From the NCBI RefSeq assembly GCF_001194135.2, contig NC_068995.1:10734578-10798269 (forward strand): 63,692 nucleotides of DNA, written 5' to 3'. A program made the translations under genes and the position numbers. Shown here one piece after another: positions 51,992-59,845 of the stretch (its first letter is position 1; the number at the start of each line of letters is the position of its first letter). The notes under the pieces were generated by a model that searched no databases, was not told the origin of the DNA, and saw only the letters and a list, made by a program, of their open reading frames with translations. The DNA is from Octopus bimaculoides (lineage: Eukaryota).

Positions 51992-54900
51992 GAGGCAATT
52001 TTATGCATGTGGTAACAAATAGTTTCAGTCAGAGTTTATGCAAGAATGTTCAAGAACTTTGGCATTTACTAATAATAACAAAGTATTTTGTTCTTTATAC
52101 CACAGAGGATGTTTAGGAAATGTGGAAGAGAATTATTGAGCAAAAGGAAAAATTGTAGGAAAAGAAAAACAAAAAAAAAAAAAGTAAAAAAGAAAGCCCA
52201 GGAAAGAATAGCAAAGTATGATATAATTTAAGTGAAAAACTCTTTAATTTGATTCAGTCATGGGACTGCCTTGTTTAAAAAGAATACTGTATACAAAATT
52301 AAGAGGTACCTAATATCCTACAATATTTTTCTTAAACCCCTCTATTACCATATCTCTGTTAAAATACACTAATTTTATTAAGCTAATTTTGAAAATAATG
52401 AAGAAGTCTGTAAATTTGGATTCTTTCTCTTTGCTGTGCACGTGATAGTTTATTATAAGTTGGTAGATATCTGCAGGCATCAGCAAATAATTTATTTGCT
52501 GAAGTTATGAACAAGAGCCACAAACTCTTGTTTGATTCATTAGTCCAGCGTAATTTTGGCTGAGGAGACACAATGATGTTGAAACACCAGGTGTCCCAAA
52601 GTCTCCTTATGTGAATGAATCGAGCATGTTGTGAACACATTTGTCTAAAAGAGCTTGTTCTTCAACTCTTGTTTGATTCATTAGTCCAGCATAACTAGCT
52701 GAGACATCAGGCGTCCCAAAGTCTCCTTATGCTAATGAATTGAGTGGGTTAAAAACACATTAGTTTAAAAGAGCTTGTTTTTAAATGATGAAATACAACA
52801 GTGATTGGTATATTCATGTTTGAATCTGCTAGAGTGTATTAAAAATGAATATGTAAGCCATCATTTTGATTCTTGTTCTTTATGGTGCAATAAATGATTT
52901 GCAATAATTTTGTCATTATCAAGCTGGCGTTTGGAACATGAACATAAACTAACATGAAATTTTGATGGAAGGTCACAAAAAAATGATTAGTCTGTTGGCT
53001 CATTAAAGATAATTAAGTGAATGGGTTTGTTTATCCAGCCACATTCTTAGAATTCAATAGAATCTTTTAATTCCTACCAGGCCTTCGCATAATTGCAGTT
53101 AGGTTGTCTGTGATTTCCATACAAATTTGTTTTCTATTTTTAATGCCAGAATATGAAAAAAAAAAGACACAAACGAGAGGTGATGACAGCACCAATTAAC
53201 CAACTAACTAATGAATGAATAATGAAAGAATTAATCGTACTTACCATTTAAAAGCACTACAGTCATAGAAAGTGAAGTTCTTCCGTACAAACATTTTAGC
53301 GGTTTCACTAGAGTGTAGTGCCAGAGTAACTGTTAATGAAGCTGAAAATTACAAATAATTCATTAGTAATTAATATACATTTGAATATATAAGTTTACAT
53401 ATAACAAAAAGGGAAAACAAAACAAAACAACAACAAAAAAAACTGTTACATTTCTCTCTCTTTCTCTCTTTATGCATCATTGATTTGATCATAGACTTCA
53501 GTGCCAAAGTTTAAAGATTCATGATTGTTCTTGGGAAAGAAGCTACTGTGCTTTCCTGATGCCTTTGGCTGGTCAATTTATTTACCGCTTACTCTGTCTG
53601 TCTCCTGCTCTTTTGAGCATACCCACGAGGTACCGGGGGGGGGGGGGTGTCCCAATTTAACCTTTGGGCAAGTGTACTGCTTCACATGACATCAGGGTAT
53701 GCTCGCACATTGATGGGACTGTGTAACGGACATCTAAAGACCAGCCTGCCTCTGAGTCCTTTAATACCTTAGCCACAAGGCCATCTGTTATCTGATCCAT
53801 AACTGAAGCCCTTGATAGTTACTTCAGGCCAGGGCAGTCCTGGGTGCAGCAGTGACTAAGGGCTCACTGGGGGACTATTTACTAAGGAGGACTATCTACT
53901 AAACAGGACTGTTTACTAAGAGGAACTATTTACTAAGGGAGACTATTTACTAAGGGGTAACTATTTACTCTCTCAAAACTCTTCAGCTCCCAGACTGAAG
54001 CATCACGACTGGTAGCAGTTTCATGTCTTACTAAGGACATAAAAATATATTGCAATGGTGGTGGAGAATTAACCCTTTAGCATTCACACCGGTCAAATCT
54101 GGCCAATATATTTAACCTGTTTTATGTTGAAACTGGTCCTATCTATCCTCTCACCTCAACCCTACAATATAATTCTAAAACTGAGCAATCACATCATCGA
54201 AACCTCAACGCTATGAGATAATCCTGGATTAATTCAAAACAATTTGAATAATCAAACATTACATTTGGCAGAATAATCTGAATAATGAAGGGTTAAAGAA
54301 TAGCGTAAAAGAATAATACTTACAAGTTTCTCCTAAAGTGTAACCTAATTCAATAAAATTTGGGGATTCACAATGCACATATCTTCTGTGTATACTTGCC
54401 CTGGTCGTGGCATTTAATTGTATGAATACACAGTGGTATGTGCTTTCATTTGGTAACTGTGTACTCATTTCCAACTTTAACTGCAAAAAAAAAAAAAAAA
54501 AGTTAAAAAATATTAAAAAAACATTAAAACCCAAAATAGATCAAATAAGAAAGTGAACCCACATCACCGTACGAATTATAGATAAAGTAAGAAAACAAAA
54601 AAAAAACACCAAAAAAAAATCACATCAACTCCAGTACATAACTGGTACTTTATTTTTATGGTTTCTTATTTTTTTTTATTTATTTATTTATTTTTATTGC
54701 CCACAAGGGGCTAAACATAGAAAGGACAAACAAAGGGATTAAGTCGATTACATCGACCACAGTGCGTAACTGGTACTTATTTAATCGACCCCGAAAGGAT
54801 GAAAGGCAAAGTCGACCTTGACGGAATTTGAACTCAGAACGTAGCGGCAGACGAAATAAGGGCTAAGCATTTCGCCCGGCGTGCTAACGTTTCTGCCAGC

Positions 54901-55630
54901 TCGCCACCTTTATTTTTATGGTTTCTGGCAGGGTGAAAGGTAAAGCTCACCTTAAAGTAAAAAAAAGTTACCTTCTCAAGCCATGAAAACTCATAAGAGC
55001 CAGTTTCCCTGGTTTCCATGGCATATATGCTCTCCACTTGGATGGGACTCGGTTCTGTCACAGGATTACACATTTTTGCCAACCGAGCAAACTGGAGCAA
55101 AATGAAATGAAGTCTTTTGTTCAAGAACACAACATGTCACCCAGTCCAGGAATTGAAACCACAATCTTACTATCATGAGTCCAACAACTCTAACCACTAA
55201 ACCACGTGCCTCCATTGTAGGATTTGAACCTTTTTTCACCTGAGTCCTTTAATATCTTAACCACAAGGCCATCTGTTATCTGATCCATAACCGAAGCCCT
55301 TGATATTTACTACTACTTCAAGCCAGGGCAGTCCTGGGTGCAGCAGTGGCTAAGGGCTCACTAGGGGACTATTTACTATGGAGGACTATCTACTAAAGAG
55401 AACTGTTTACTAAGGGACTGCAGCCATACTGAGGCACTGTCTTGAACAAGTTTTTGTTGAACAAATTGACCCTGGCACTTATGTCTTTTTTTATTTCCTT
55501 AGAACAACCATAGGATGCTGAACCTTTTAGATAGATAGATAAATAAATAGATACATACATATATATACATAGTTAAATAGATAGATAGATACATAGTTAA
55601 ATAGATAAAGGGATATATATATATATATAT

Positions 55631-55673
<43 letters not shown>

Positions 55674-58404
55674 CATACATATATACACATAGTTAAATAG
55701 ATAGATAGATACATAGTTAAATAGATAAAGGGATATATATATATATAGATAGATAGATAGATAGATGGGTGGATGGATGGATACAAAAAGAGAGAGAGAG
55801 AAAGTAGGAGAACAACTGGAGTGGAAGTGAAGTAGTTTATTCTAAACTTACTTTTTGAACACTTGTAACAGAAACAGATTGAGGAGTTATGTCGAAAATG
55901 GAGATACATTTGTTGGCTGGTCCTGAAAGCCATCTTTCTTTTTGATTTTGATCAAAGTTCTTTCCACATTGCGATTTGAATGTACATCTAAAGGAGAACG
56001 TAAAACAACAGATTATAAACCACTGGCTACAACATGAAACAACAGAAATGATCAAATGGTGGATAAATGAAAGAACAGAATTATCAAATGGTCGGAAAAT
56101 GAAACAATAGAATTATCAAATGATGGATAAATGAAAGAATAGAATTATCAAATGGTGGGAAAATGAGACAATAGAATTATCAAATGATGGGAAAATGAGA
56201 CAATAGAATTATCAAATGGTGGGAAAATGAAACAATAGAATTATCAAATGATGGGAAAATGAGACAATAGAATTATCAAATGGTGGGAAAATGAGACAAC
56301 AGAATTATCAAATGGTGGGAAAATGAAATAATAGAATTATTAAATGGTGGGAAAATGAGACAATAGAATTATCAAATGGATAAATGAAAGAACAGAATTA
56401 TCAAATGGTGGGAAAATGGGACAATAGGATTATCAAATGGTGGATAAATGAAAGAATAGAATTACCAAATGGTGGGAAAATGAGACAATAGAATTATCAA
56501 ATGGTGGGAAAATGAGACAATAGAATTATCAAATGGTGGGAAAATGAGACAATAGAATTATGCAACTGTTACTTAATTTATCAACCCTGAAAGGATGAAA
56601 GGCAAAGTCGACCTTGGCAGAATTTGAACTCAGAACGTAAAGACAGATGAAATACCGCTAAGCATTTCCCCCTGTGTGCTAATGTTTTTGCCAGCTCGCC
56701 GCCTTAGACATGAGGAAATATTTTACATAGCTTGGAGACAAAGTGAGGATTGGCAACAGGAAGGGCATCCAGCTGTAGAAAATTTTTATCAACAAATTCC
56801 TTCTGACTCATGCAAGCATCAAAAGATGGATGTTAAAATAATGATGAAGACAAAGATAATGTTGATGACCATGATGATCATTATCATGAAGACAATGATG
56901 ATGATGAAAATGACGATGATGACGAAAATGATGATGATGATAAAGAGGATGATGATACTGATTATGATAAAGAGGATGAAGATGATTATGATGAAGGTAA
57001 AGACAAAGAAGCTGAAGATACTGCTGATGATGATGAAGATGCTGATGGTGAGGATAATGATGAAGACAATGATGATGGTGAAGGTTATGATGATGATGAT
57101 GATGAGGAGGCAGATGATGTTGACAAGAACAAAACAACAGAAATTAAATAAAATATTGGAAATATGAAACAATAAATTTGTCAAACTGTGAAAGCATGAA
57201 ACTATAAAATTATGAAACAGTGAGTGTATAGAATTACAGAATTATCAGACAATAAAGACATGGAGTTATAACATCATTAGCAAATGGTGACGGCGTCATT
57301 GTTGTCATCATCAACATCAACAAACATTTATGTTTCATGTTGGCATTGGTTGGAAGGATTGACATGCTTTCTACGGCTGGATGTCTTTCCTAAAGCCAAC
57401 CACTTTACAACATGTACTGGGTACTTTTTATGTGGCACCAGCGCTTGAGAGGCTGCTATGCAGCTTGCAAGACAATGAGCCCTGATATACAATATGATTA
57501 TCACATAGTATGGTTGAGAAGCTTCACTCCCAACCATGTACTATGAGCACATTTATGTGTGTGTGTGTGAATGCATACATACATATATATGCATATATAT
57601 ATATATATATATATGCATATATANNNNNNNNNNNNNNNNNNNNNNNNNNNNNNNNNNNNNNNNNNNNNNNNNNNNNNNNNNNNNNNNNNNNNNNNNNNNN
57701 NNNNNNNNNNNNNNNNNNNNNNNNNNNNNNNNNNNNNNNNNNNNNNNNNNNNNNNNNNNNNNNNNNNNNNNNNNNNNNNNNNNNNNNNNNNNNNNNNNNN
57801 NNNNNNNNNNNNNNNNNNNNNNNNNNNNNNNNNNNNNNNNNNNNNNNNNNNNNNNNNNNNNNNNNNNNNNNNNNNNNNNNNNNNNNNNNNNNNNNNNNNN
57901 NNNNNNNNNNNNNNNNNNNNNNNNNNNNNNTATATATATACATATACATATATATCAAAAGGATGTTTTATAATAATATTCTACAGCCATACCAACAATC
58001 CAACATATGTCCATCATCAGCTGCCCCACGGATATCATTATGGTTTCGACACCTGGGCAGTACCATTCAATCCGGCGGTGTCAACAGCACTAAAATAAGT
58101 GTTGTTTTGGGAATAAACAAACCAAAGAAACCACAACTTTCAAACACATTTACCCTAAGTATAACCGTATCGATAAATAAATTCAATAAGTAAATTACAA
58201 CCACTCCTAAATACGTAACTAAATAGTGACAACTCTATTAAGTCATAGAAAAATTATAATCCCTACCATCTGGTGCACATGTGTTTGTGTGTATATATGC
58301 ACACATATATCTATCTGTCTGTGTCTGTGTGTGTAAGTATATATATGCCTATATATATATATATATGCATATATGTATGTATATATATATATATATATAA
58401 TATA

Positions 58405-58451
<47 letters not shown>

Positions 58452-59845
58452 GCATAGATGCTTACAGGACGTCACCAACGGTGCAAATAACATACACACG
58501 AGAGATAGATACAAGATGTGGACAGAAATTACAAGACAAAAATGAGTAAAATACGTAAACAAGAAAAGAAATGGAAATATATATGATGAGCTTTCACACA
58601 GTTTCTCTCCACCAAATTTACTCACAAGGTGGCCTGGTGTTATAGAAGAAGATGCTTCCCCAATGTGCTGTGCAGTGGGACTGATCTCAAAACCAAGTGG
58701 TTGCAAAGCAGGCTTCTTAACCACACAACCATGCTTGTGCTTATGGATTTTTCCATTGACAATTACCCCGCAACAAAGCAACAAGCAGCCAGAAGTAAGA
58801 ATAGGCTTTAAGGGACCACTTTGTTATGTTGGGAGTTACTAAAGAAGAGCAAAGAGGAAAATGAGAAGAATTTAAAAATTTTAATGAGAAGCTACCCTGA
58901 AGATCGTAAAATGATGGACGCAAGGTTCAAAAGAGTTAGAATTACATTTTACTCTTTTACTTGTTTCAGTCATTTGACTGCGGCCATGCTGGAGCACCGC
59001 CTTTAGTCGAGCAAATCGACCCCAGGACTTATTCTTTGTAAGCCTAGTACTTATTCTATCGGTCTCTTTTGCTGAACTGCTAAGTTACGGGGACGTAAAC
59101 ACACCAGCATCGGTTGTCAAGCGTTGGTGGGGGGACAAACACTGACACAAACACACACACACATATATATACATATATACGACGGGCTTCTTTCAGTTTC
59201 CGTCTACCAAATCCACTCACAAGGCTTTGGTCGGCCCGAGGCTATAGTAGTAGACACTTGCCCAAGGTGTCACGCAGTGGAACTGAACCCGAAACCATGT
59301 GGTTGGTAAGCAAGCTACTTACCACACAGCCACTGGAAAATAAACAAAGGAAGGAAGCTTTCTAAGATAGATGTTTGGAGAAAGAAGGTACTGGAATAAA
59401 AGTATTTCTTACAAAAGTGGCACAACAATAACATTGAAGGGATGAGAATTAGCAGAAAAATGAGAAGCTTTAATTCTAAGTGACTGAAAACAGGAAGTGA
59501 GTTCCTTAAGATGGATGTTTGAAGAAAGAAACAACTGGAGTAAAAGCAGCTCTTACAGGTTGAAGATCAACAACACTGAAAGGATGAGGATTAGCAGAAA
59601 GAAAGGGTTACTTGATTTCTAACCTGAAAGTTAGAAAGTTTTGAGGAACAAATGGACTAAGATGATGGAAGTGCTTGTAAAACAGAGATAAAAATGTAAT
59701 AATGGTTTAATTGTTTTAGGGTCTAATGACAAAGGAATATTTACCTGTCTTCCAAAAAACACCAGCCACAAAATGGGTCTTCATCTGCCAAACATTTCTG
59801 ACAACTTTTTCTGGATTCACAATCTTGTATCTTAACTTTGTGTAC
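5338..59845 (-). CDS. PlexB: Plexin, class-B-like; partial multi-exon CDS (26 exons, 1204 codons in window, both ends outside the window)
   Basis: All 26 exons are GT-AG with matching phases and no stop codon. Plexin motifs: PSI C-x2-C..DPFCGWC, IPT repeats, [88 protein letters not shown]. Plexin identity is near certain. Class B is inferred from EDRLLRE and an RxxR site near the TM; the diagnostic C-terminus is outside the window. Confidence 0.9.
10858..11022 (-). CDS. Plexin e25: RBD ([55 protein letters not shown])
   Basis: gtctttcag acceptor, gtaaga donor, 165 nt, phase 1 to 1. Confidence 0.97.
11422..11983 (-). mobile_element. RLE-type (R4/Dong-like) non-LTR retrotransposon, 5'-truncated
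   Basis: [37 protein letters not shown] (PD-D/ExK nuclease); (TAA)n on both sides of its sense strand; same family as 33666-34058(+). Confidence 0.85.
12246..12393 (-). CDS. Plexin e24: Rho-binding domain ([49 protein letters not shown])
   Basis: tttttcag acceptor, gtaagt donor, 148 nt, phase 0 to 1. Confidence 0.97.
12812..12958 (-). CDS. Plexin e23 ([49 protein letters not shown])
   Basis: tgttatag acceptor, gtaagt donor, 147 nt, phase 0 to 0. Confidence 0.97.
13025..13803. repeat. (TA)n/(TACA) compound microsatellite spanning a gap of about 470 N
   Basis: Seen directly; explains the YIYI ORFs. Similar tracts at about 21210-21430, 27600, 28520, 40320, 57570-57955, 58330-58450. Confidence 0.98.
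13883..13949 (-). CDS. Plexin e22 ([23 protein letters not shown])
   Basis: ttgttcacag acceptor, gtaagt donor, 67 nt, phase 2 to 0. Confidence 0.96.
14633..15650 (+). mobile_element. hAT (Buster/Charlie, ZBED5-like) transposase remnant
   Basis: [53 protein letters not shown]; frameshifts and stops; TIR-like ggttaagaaccact near 15637-15650. Confidence 0.88.
16200..16745 (-). mobile_element. Retroposon family D with (GAT)n tail (core ggttggcattaggaagggcatccag)
   Basis: Shared end catcatcatcgtttaacgtccgctttccatgctagcatgggttggacg at about 14515, 16215, 22580, 30925; related copies at about 5780, 18360-18870, 35150, 43045, 49300-49630, 57310, 61110. Confidence 0.85.
16860..16934 (-). CDS. Plexin e21 ([25 protein letters not shown])
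   Basis: tttttcctag acceptor, gtaagt donor, 75 nt, phase 2 to 2; PKLMLRR motif. Confidence 0.96.
17087..17363. mobile_element. hAT-Charlie MITE
   Basis: Perfect 16-bp TIRs CAGGGGTTTTCAAACT/AGTTTGAAAACCCCTG; 8-bp TSD ctctagag/ctttagag fits the NTCTAGAN preference. Confidence 0.95.
18410..18609. mobile_element. Mutator-like MITE with iterated GGACAATTACCCC motifs
   Basis: 9-bp TSD cttaaaaag (18401-18409 and 18610-18618); second copy at 60545-60756 with TSD aaatcgact/agatcgact. Confidence 0.8.
19185..19244 (-). CDS. Plexin e20 ([20 protein letters not shown])
   Basis: tttgttacag acceptor, gtaagt donor, 60 nt, phase 2 to 2; VNVASLL motif. Confidence 0.95.
20163..20472 (+). mobile_element. SINE family C with Pol III boxes
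   Basis: A-box TGGCCCAGTGG at 20175-20185 and B-box GTTTCGATTCC at 20219-20229. The body (gagaactacgttaagggtacacgtgtc) is also at about 5975-6280, 9600-9925 and 50180-50440(-). Truncated by a gap. Confidence 0.85.
20473..20997. other. Assembly gap (N run)
   Basis: N run; other gaps near 1676, 2151, 13197, 16668, 17445, 24100, 25828, 26932, 46780, 48251, 48870, 57624. Confidence 1.
21486..22943 (+). mobile_element. Tc1/mariner DD37D (maT) element, decayed, with nested family-D insertion (about 22575-22805)
   Basis: 25-bp TIRs CAGGGTGT(T/C)C(TG/CA)AAATTAAGGCAAC (22/25), TA TSD; QQDSAP...SPDLNLLD with 37 residues between the aspartates; internal stop. Confidence 0.92.
23121..23248 (-). CDS. 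Plexin e19: GAP segment 1 ([42 protein letters not shown])
   Basis: tatgacag acceptor, gtaagt donor, 128 nt, phase 0 to 2; not in the ORF track. Confidence 0.95.
23335..23690. repeat. Unclassified non-autonomous-like element (aacaagagca...ggcggaggtaataa)
   Basis: The termini resemble a widespread invertebrate/fish non-autonomous repeat type (from memory); single copy here. Confidence 0.4.
25476..25792. mobile_element. Foldback MITE with about 110-bp inverted arms
   Basis: ttacagaatcccccaatttcgagtacggag...ttctgcaaaa vs ttttgcagaatcagaatctccgtactcgaaaatgggggattctgtaa. Confidence 0.85.
27869..28026 (-). CDS. Plexin e18 ([53 protein letters not shown])
   Basis: ctttgaaag acceptor, gtaagt donor, 158 nt, phase 1 to 0. 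Confidence 0.97.
28558..29285. mobile_element. 728-bp foldback element with about 260-bp arms
   Basis: 28558-28818 is the reverse complement of 29024-29285 (about 11 differences by hand alignment); TA on both flanks. Confidence 0.95.
30420..30654 (-). CDS. Plexin e17: TM helix and juxtamembrane coil (…GYLEYD…[54 protein letters not shown])
   Basis: ttctcattccag acceptor, gtatgg donor, 235 nt, phase 0 to 1; hydrophobic span followed by the plexin coiled coil. Confidence 0.97.
31275..31750 (+). mobile_element. RTE-like LINE ORF 3' end with C2H2 zinc fingers, decayed
   Basis: [19 protein letters not shown] (RTE-type WE..A.DR..WR pattern) then [21 protein letters not shown] and two further damaged fingers. 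Confidence 0.72.
31937..32101 (-). CDS. Plexin e16: IPT4 ([55 protein letters not shown])
   Basis: tttgtccag acceptor, gtgagt donor, 165 nt, phase 0 to 0. Confidence 0.96.
32610..33015. repeat. Compound inverted plus direct repeat element
   Basis: 32610-32720 is inverted relative to 32856-32976; 32718-32781 is directly repeated at 32952-33015. Confidence 0.85.
33060..33618 (+). mobile_element. Non-coding retroposon ending ctctctcactc(aat)n
   Basis: Shorter copies share the same end at about 4760-4870, 12020-12150(-) and 62575-62645, each next to (TAA)n; this pattern suggests 5' truncation. Confidence 0.7.
33666..34058 (+). mobile_element. RLE-type retrotransposon 3' fragment
   Basis: [25 protein letters not shown]; 3' UTR is the reverse complement of 11430-11600; flanked by (TAA)n. 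Confidence 0.85.
34106..34372 (-). CDS. Plexin e15: IPT3 end/IPT4 start ([15 protein letters not shown]...RRAVRS...KAEVLIID)
   Basis: ttttctgtccacag acceptor, gtaagt donor, 267 nt, phase 0 to 0. Confidence 0.95.
36278..36383 (-). CDS. Plexin e14: IPT3 ([36 protein letters not shown])
   Basis: ttcctctttcag acceptor, gtaact donor, 106 nt, phase 2 to 0. Confidence 0.95.
38239..38561 (-). mobile_element. tRNA-head SINE with V-domain-like core, (TAA)n tail and 16-bp TSD
   Basis: TSD cagtcaatacagaatt at 38223-38238 and 38562-38577; same head as the 20163 copy; core gatggactggcgtcccgtccag. Confidence 0.88.
38753..38974 (-). CDS. Plexin e13: IPT2 end/IPT3 start ([29 protein letters not shown]...[19 protein letters not shown])
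   Basis: ttttgcag acceptor, gtatcg donor, 222 nt, phase 2 to 2. Confidence 0.92.
40538..40752 (+). mobile_element. Mariner-derived MITE (about 215 bp, keeps the transposase 3' end ...[11 protein letters not shown])
   Basis: Ends gaggtgagcgctaaaaagttcctg...ccaggaacttttcagcacccc; copies at about 9060-9260, 26105-26320(-), 30756-31255 (split by family D), 40096-40313. Confidence 0.82.
40910..41046 (-). CDS. Plexin e12: IPT2 ([45 protein letters not shown])
   Basis: gtcattcag acceptor, gtaaat donor, 137 nt, phase 0 to 2. Confidence 0.96.
43446..43554 (-). CDS. Plexin e11: IPT1 end ([37 protein letters not shown])
   Basis: tttctctag acceptor, gttggt donor, 109 nt, phase 2 to 0. Confidence 0.92.
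44427..45020. mobile_element. Old hAT MITE carrying a nested family-E SINE
   Basis: Ends cagcagttctcaac...ttgaaaaacactg; flanks atttagac/attcagaa (6/8); related pieces at about 8867, 10290, 28100, 37230. Confidence 0.7.
45160..45308 (-). CDS. Plexin e10: IPT1 ([49 protein letters not shown])
   Basis: cacctag acceptor, gtaaaa donor, 149 nt, phase 0 to 2; GGT.VTI.G.N IPT signature. Confidence 0.96.
45593..45759 (-). CDS. Plexin e9: PSI3 ([56 protein letters not shown])
   Basis: ttgtag acceptor, gtaagc donor, 167 nt, phase 1 to 0. Confidence 0.96.
46031..46662 (+). mobile_element. Ty3/Gypsy remnant: 5' LTR (about 46031-46232), PBS and gag start
   Basis: TG...CA ends; TGGTGACGAGGAT at 46234-46246; [42 protein letters not shown] with frameshifts. 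Confidence 0.75.
46663..47100 (+). mobile_element. SINE family A, near-full copy interrupting a Gypsy gag remnant
   Basis: gtggctgtgtggtaag head, ggttcagtc B-box-like motif, tail gactgaaacaagtaaaagagtaa; contains a 10-N gap. Confidence 0.9.
47263..47368 (-). CDS. Plexin e8 ([35 protein letters not shown])
   Basis: tttcttttgcag acceptor, gtaata donor, 106 nt, phase 0 to 1. Confidence 0.9.
48001..48099 (-). CDS. Plexin e7: TIG2 ([33 protein letters not shown])
   Basis: ttcttcacag acceptor, gtaagc donor, 99 nt, phase 0 to 0. Confidence 0.92.
48148..48575 (+). mobile_element. RLE-type retrotransposon 3' fragment (second family)
   Basis: [31 protein letters not shown]...[11 protein letters not shown]...[15 protein letters not shown]; (AAT)n on both flanks. 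Confidence 0.85.
49653..49772 (-). CDS. Plexin e6 ([40 protein letters not shown])
   Basis: tttttcag acceptor, gttagt donor, 120 nt, phase 0 to 0; CP..G.NLP pattern. Confidence 0.92.
51388..51502 (-). CDS. Plexin e5: PSI2 ([39 protein letters not shown])
   Basis: ttctgcag acceptor, gtaagt donor, 115 nt, phase 2 to 0; PSI cysteine spacing. Confidence 0.95.
53245..53341 (-). CDS. Plexin e4 ([32 protein letters not shown])
   Basis: ttttcag acceptor, gtaagt donor, 97 nt, phase 1 to 2; FTFYDCS motif; not in the ORF track. Confidence 0.95.
54073..54292. mobile_element. piggyBac-like MITE
   Basis: TTAA on both sides (54069-54072 and 54293-54296), CCCTT...AAGGG termini; copies at about 10401-10630, 20060-20150, 41810-42033, 50100-50185, 59935-60125. 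Confidence 0.82.
54324..54480 (-). CDS. Plexin e3: TIG1 ([19 protein letters not shown]...[18 protein letters not shown])
   Basis: poly-T-gcag acceptor, gtaagt donor, 157 nt, phase 0 to 1. Confidence 0.93.
54667..54907 (-). mobile_element. SINE family B (ttctgagttcaaattccg head; cctttcatcctttcggggtcgat body), young copy with 19-bp TSD
   Basis: Perfect direct repeat ctttatttttatggtttct at 54648-54666 and 54908-54926; sits inside an older B copy. Other copies at about 4880-5100, 17950-18135, 32240-32590, 34895-35010, 42055-42410, 48600-48820, 50460-50870 (tandem pair), 56565-56710, 60490-60920, 62670-62880. Confidence 0.9.
55520..55800. repeat. (GATA)n compound microsatellite with an internally duplicated block
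   Basis: Block acatagttaaatagatagatagatacatagttaaatagataaagggatat occurs twice. Confidence 0.95.
55852..55987 (-). CDS. Plexin e2: PSI1 end/TIG1 start ([46 protein letters not shown])
   Basis: cctttag acceptor, gtaagt donor, 136 nt, phase 2 to 0. Confidence 0.95.
56035..56562. repeat. 32-bp minisatellite, about 16 copies
   Basis: Unit AATAGAATTATCAAATGGTGGGAAAATGAGAC with a GATAAATGAAAG variant. Confidence 0.97.
56843..57151. repeat. Degenerate (GAT)n trinucleotide tract
   Basis: Directly follows a catgcaagcat...gatgttaaa retroposon tail; similar tract at about 8340-8600. Confidence 0.9.
58945..59333 (-). mobile_element. SINE family A, full low-divergence copy
   Basis: Nearly identical to the copies at 34485-34882 and 1833-2257. 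Confidence 0.9.
59745..59845 (-). CDS. Plexin e1: Sema end/PSI1 ([33 protein letters not shown])
   Basis: tttttcccag acceptor, gtaaat donor, 101 nt, phase 0 to 2. Confidence 0.95.

Noticed and set aside
56035-56562. CRISPR-like array (32-bp periodicity)
   Set aside because: Units are head-to-tail with no unique spacers, there are no cas genes, and the context is a eukaryotic intron
56676-57184. Met-rich, His-rich and Ile-rich ORFs
   Set aside because: Alternative frames of one (GAT)n tract
58010-58075. Minus-strand GAAAC...CTGATGA hammerhead candidate
   Set aside because: The pairing present (CTGCCC/GGGCAG) does not give a valid three-stem topology
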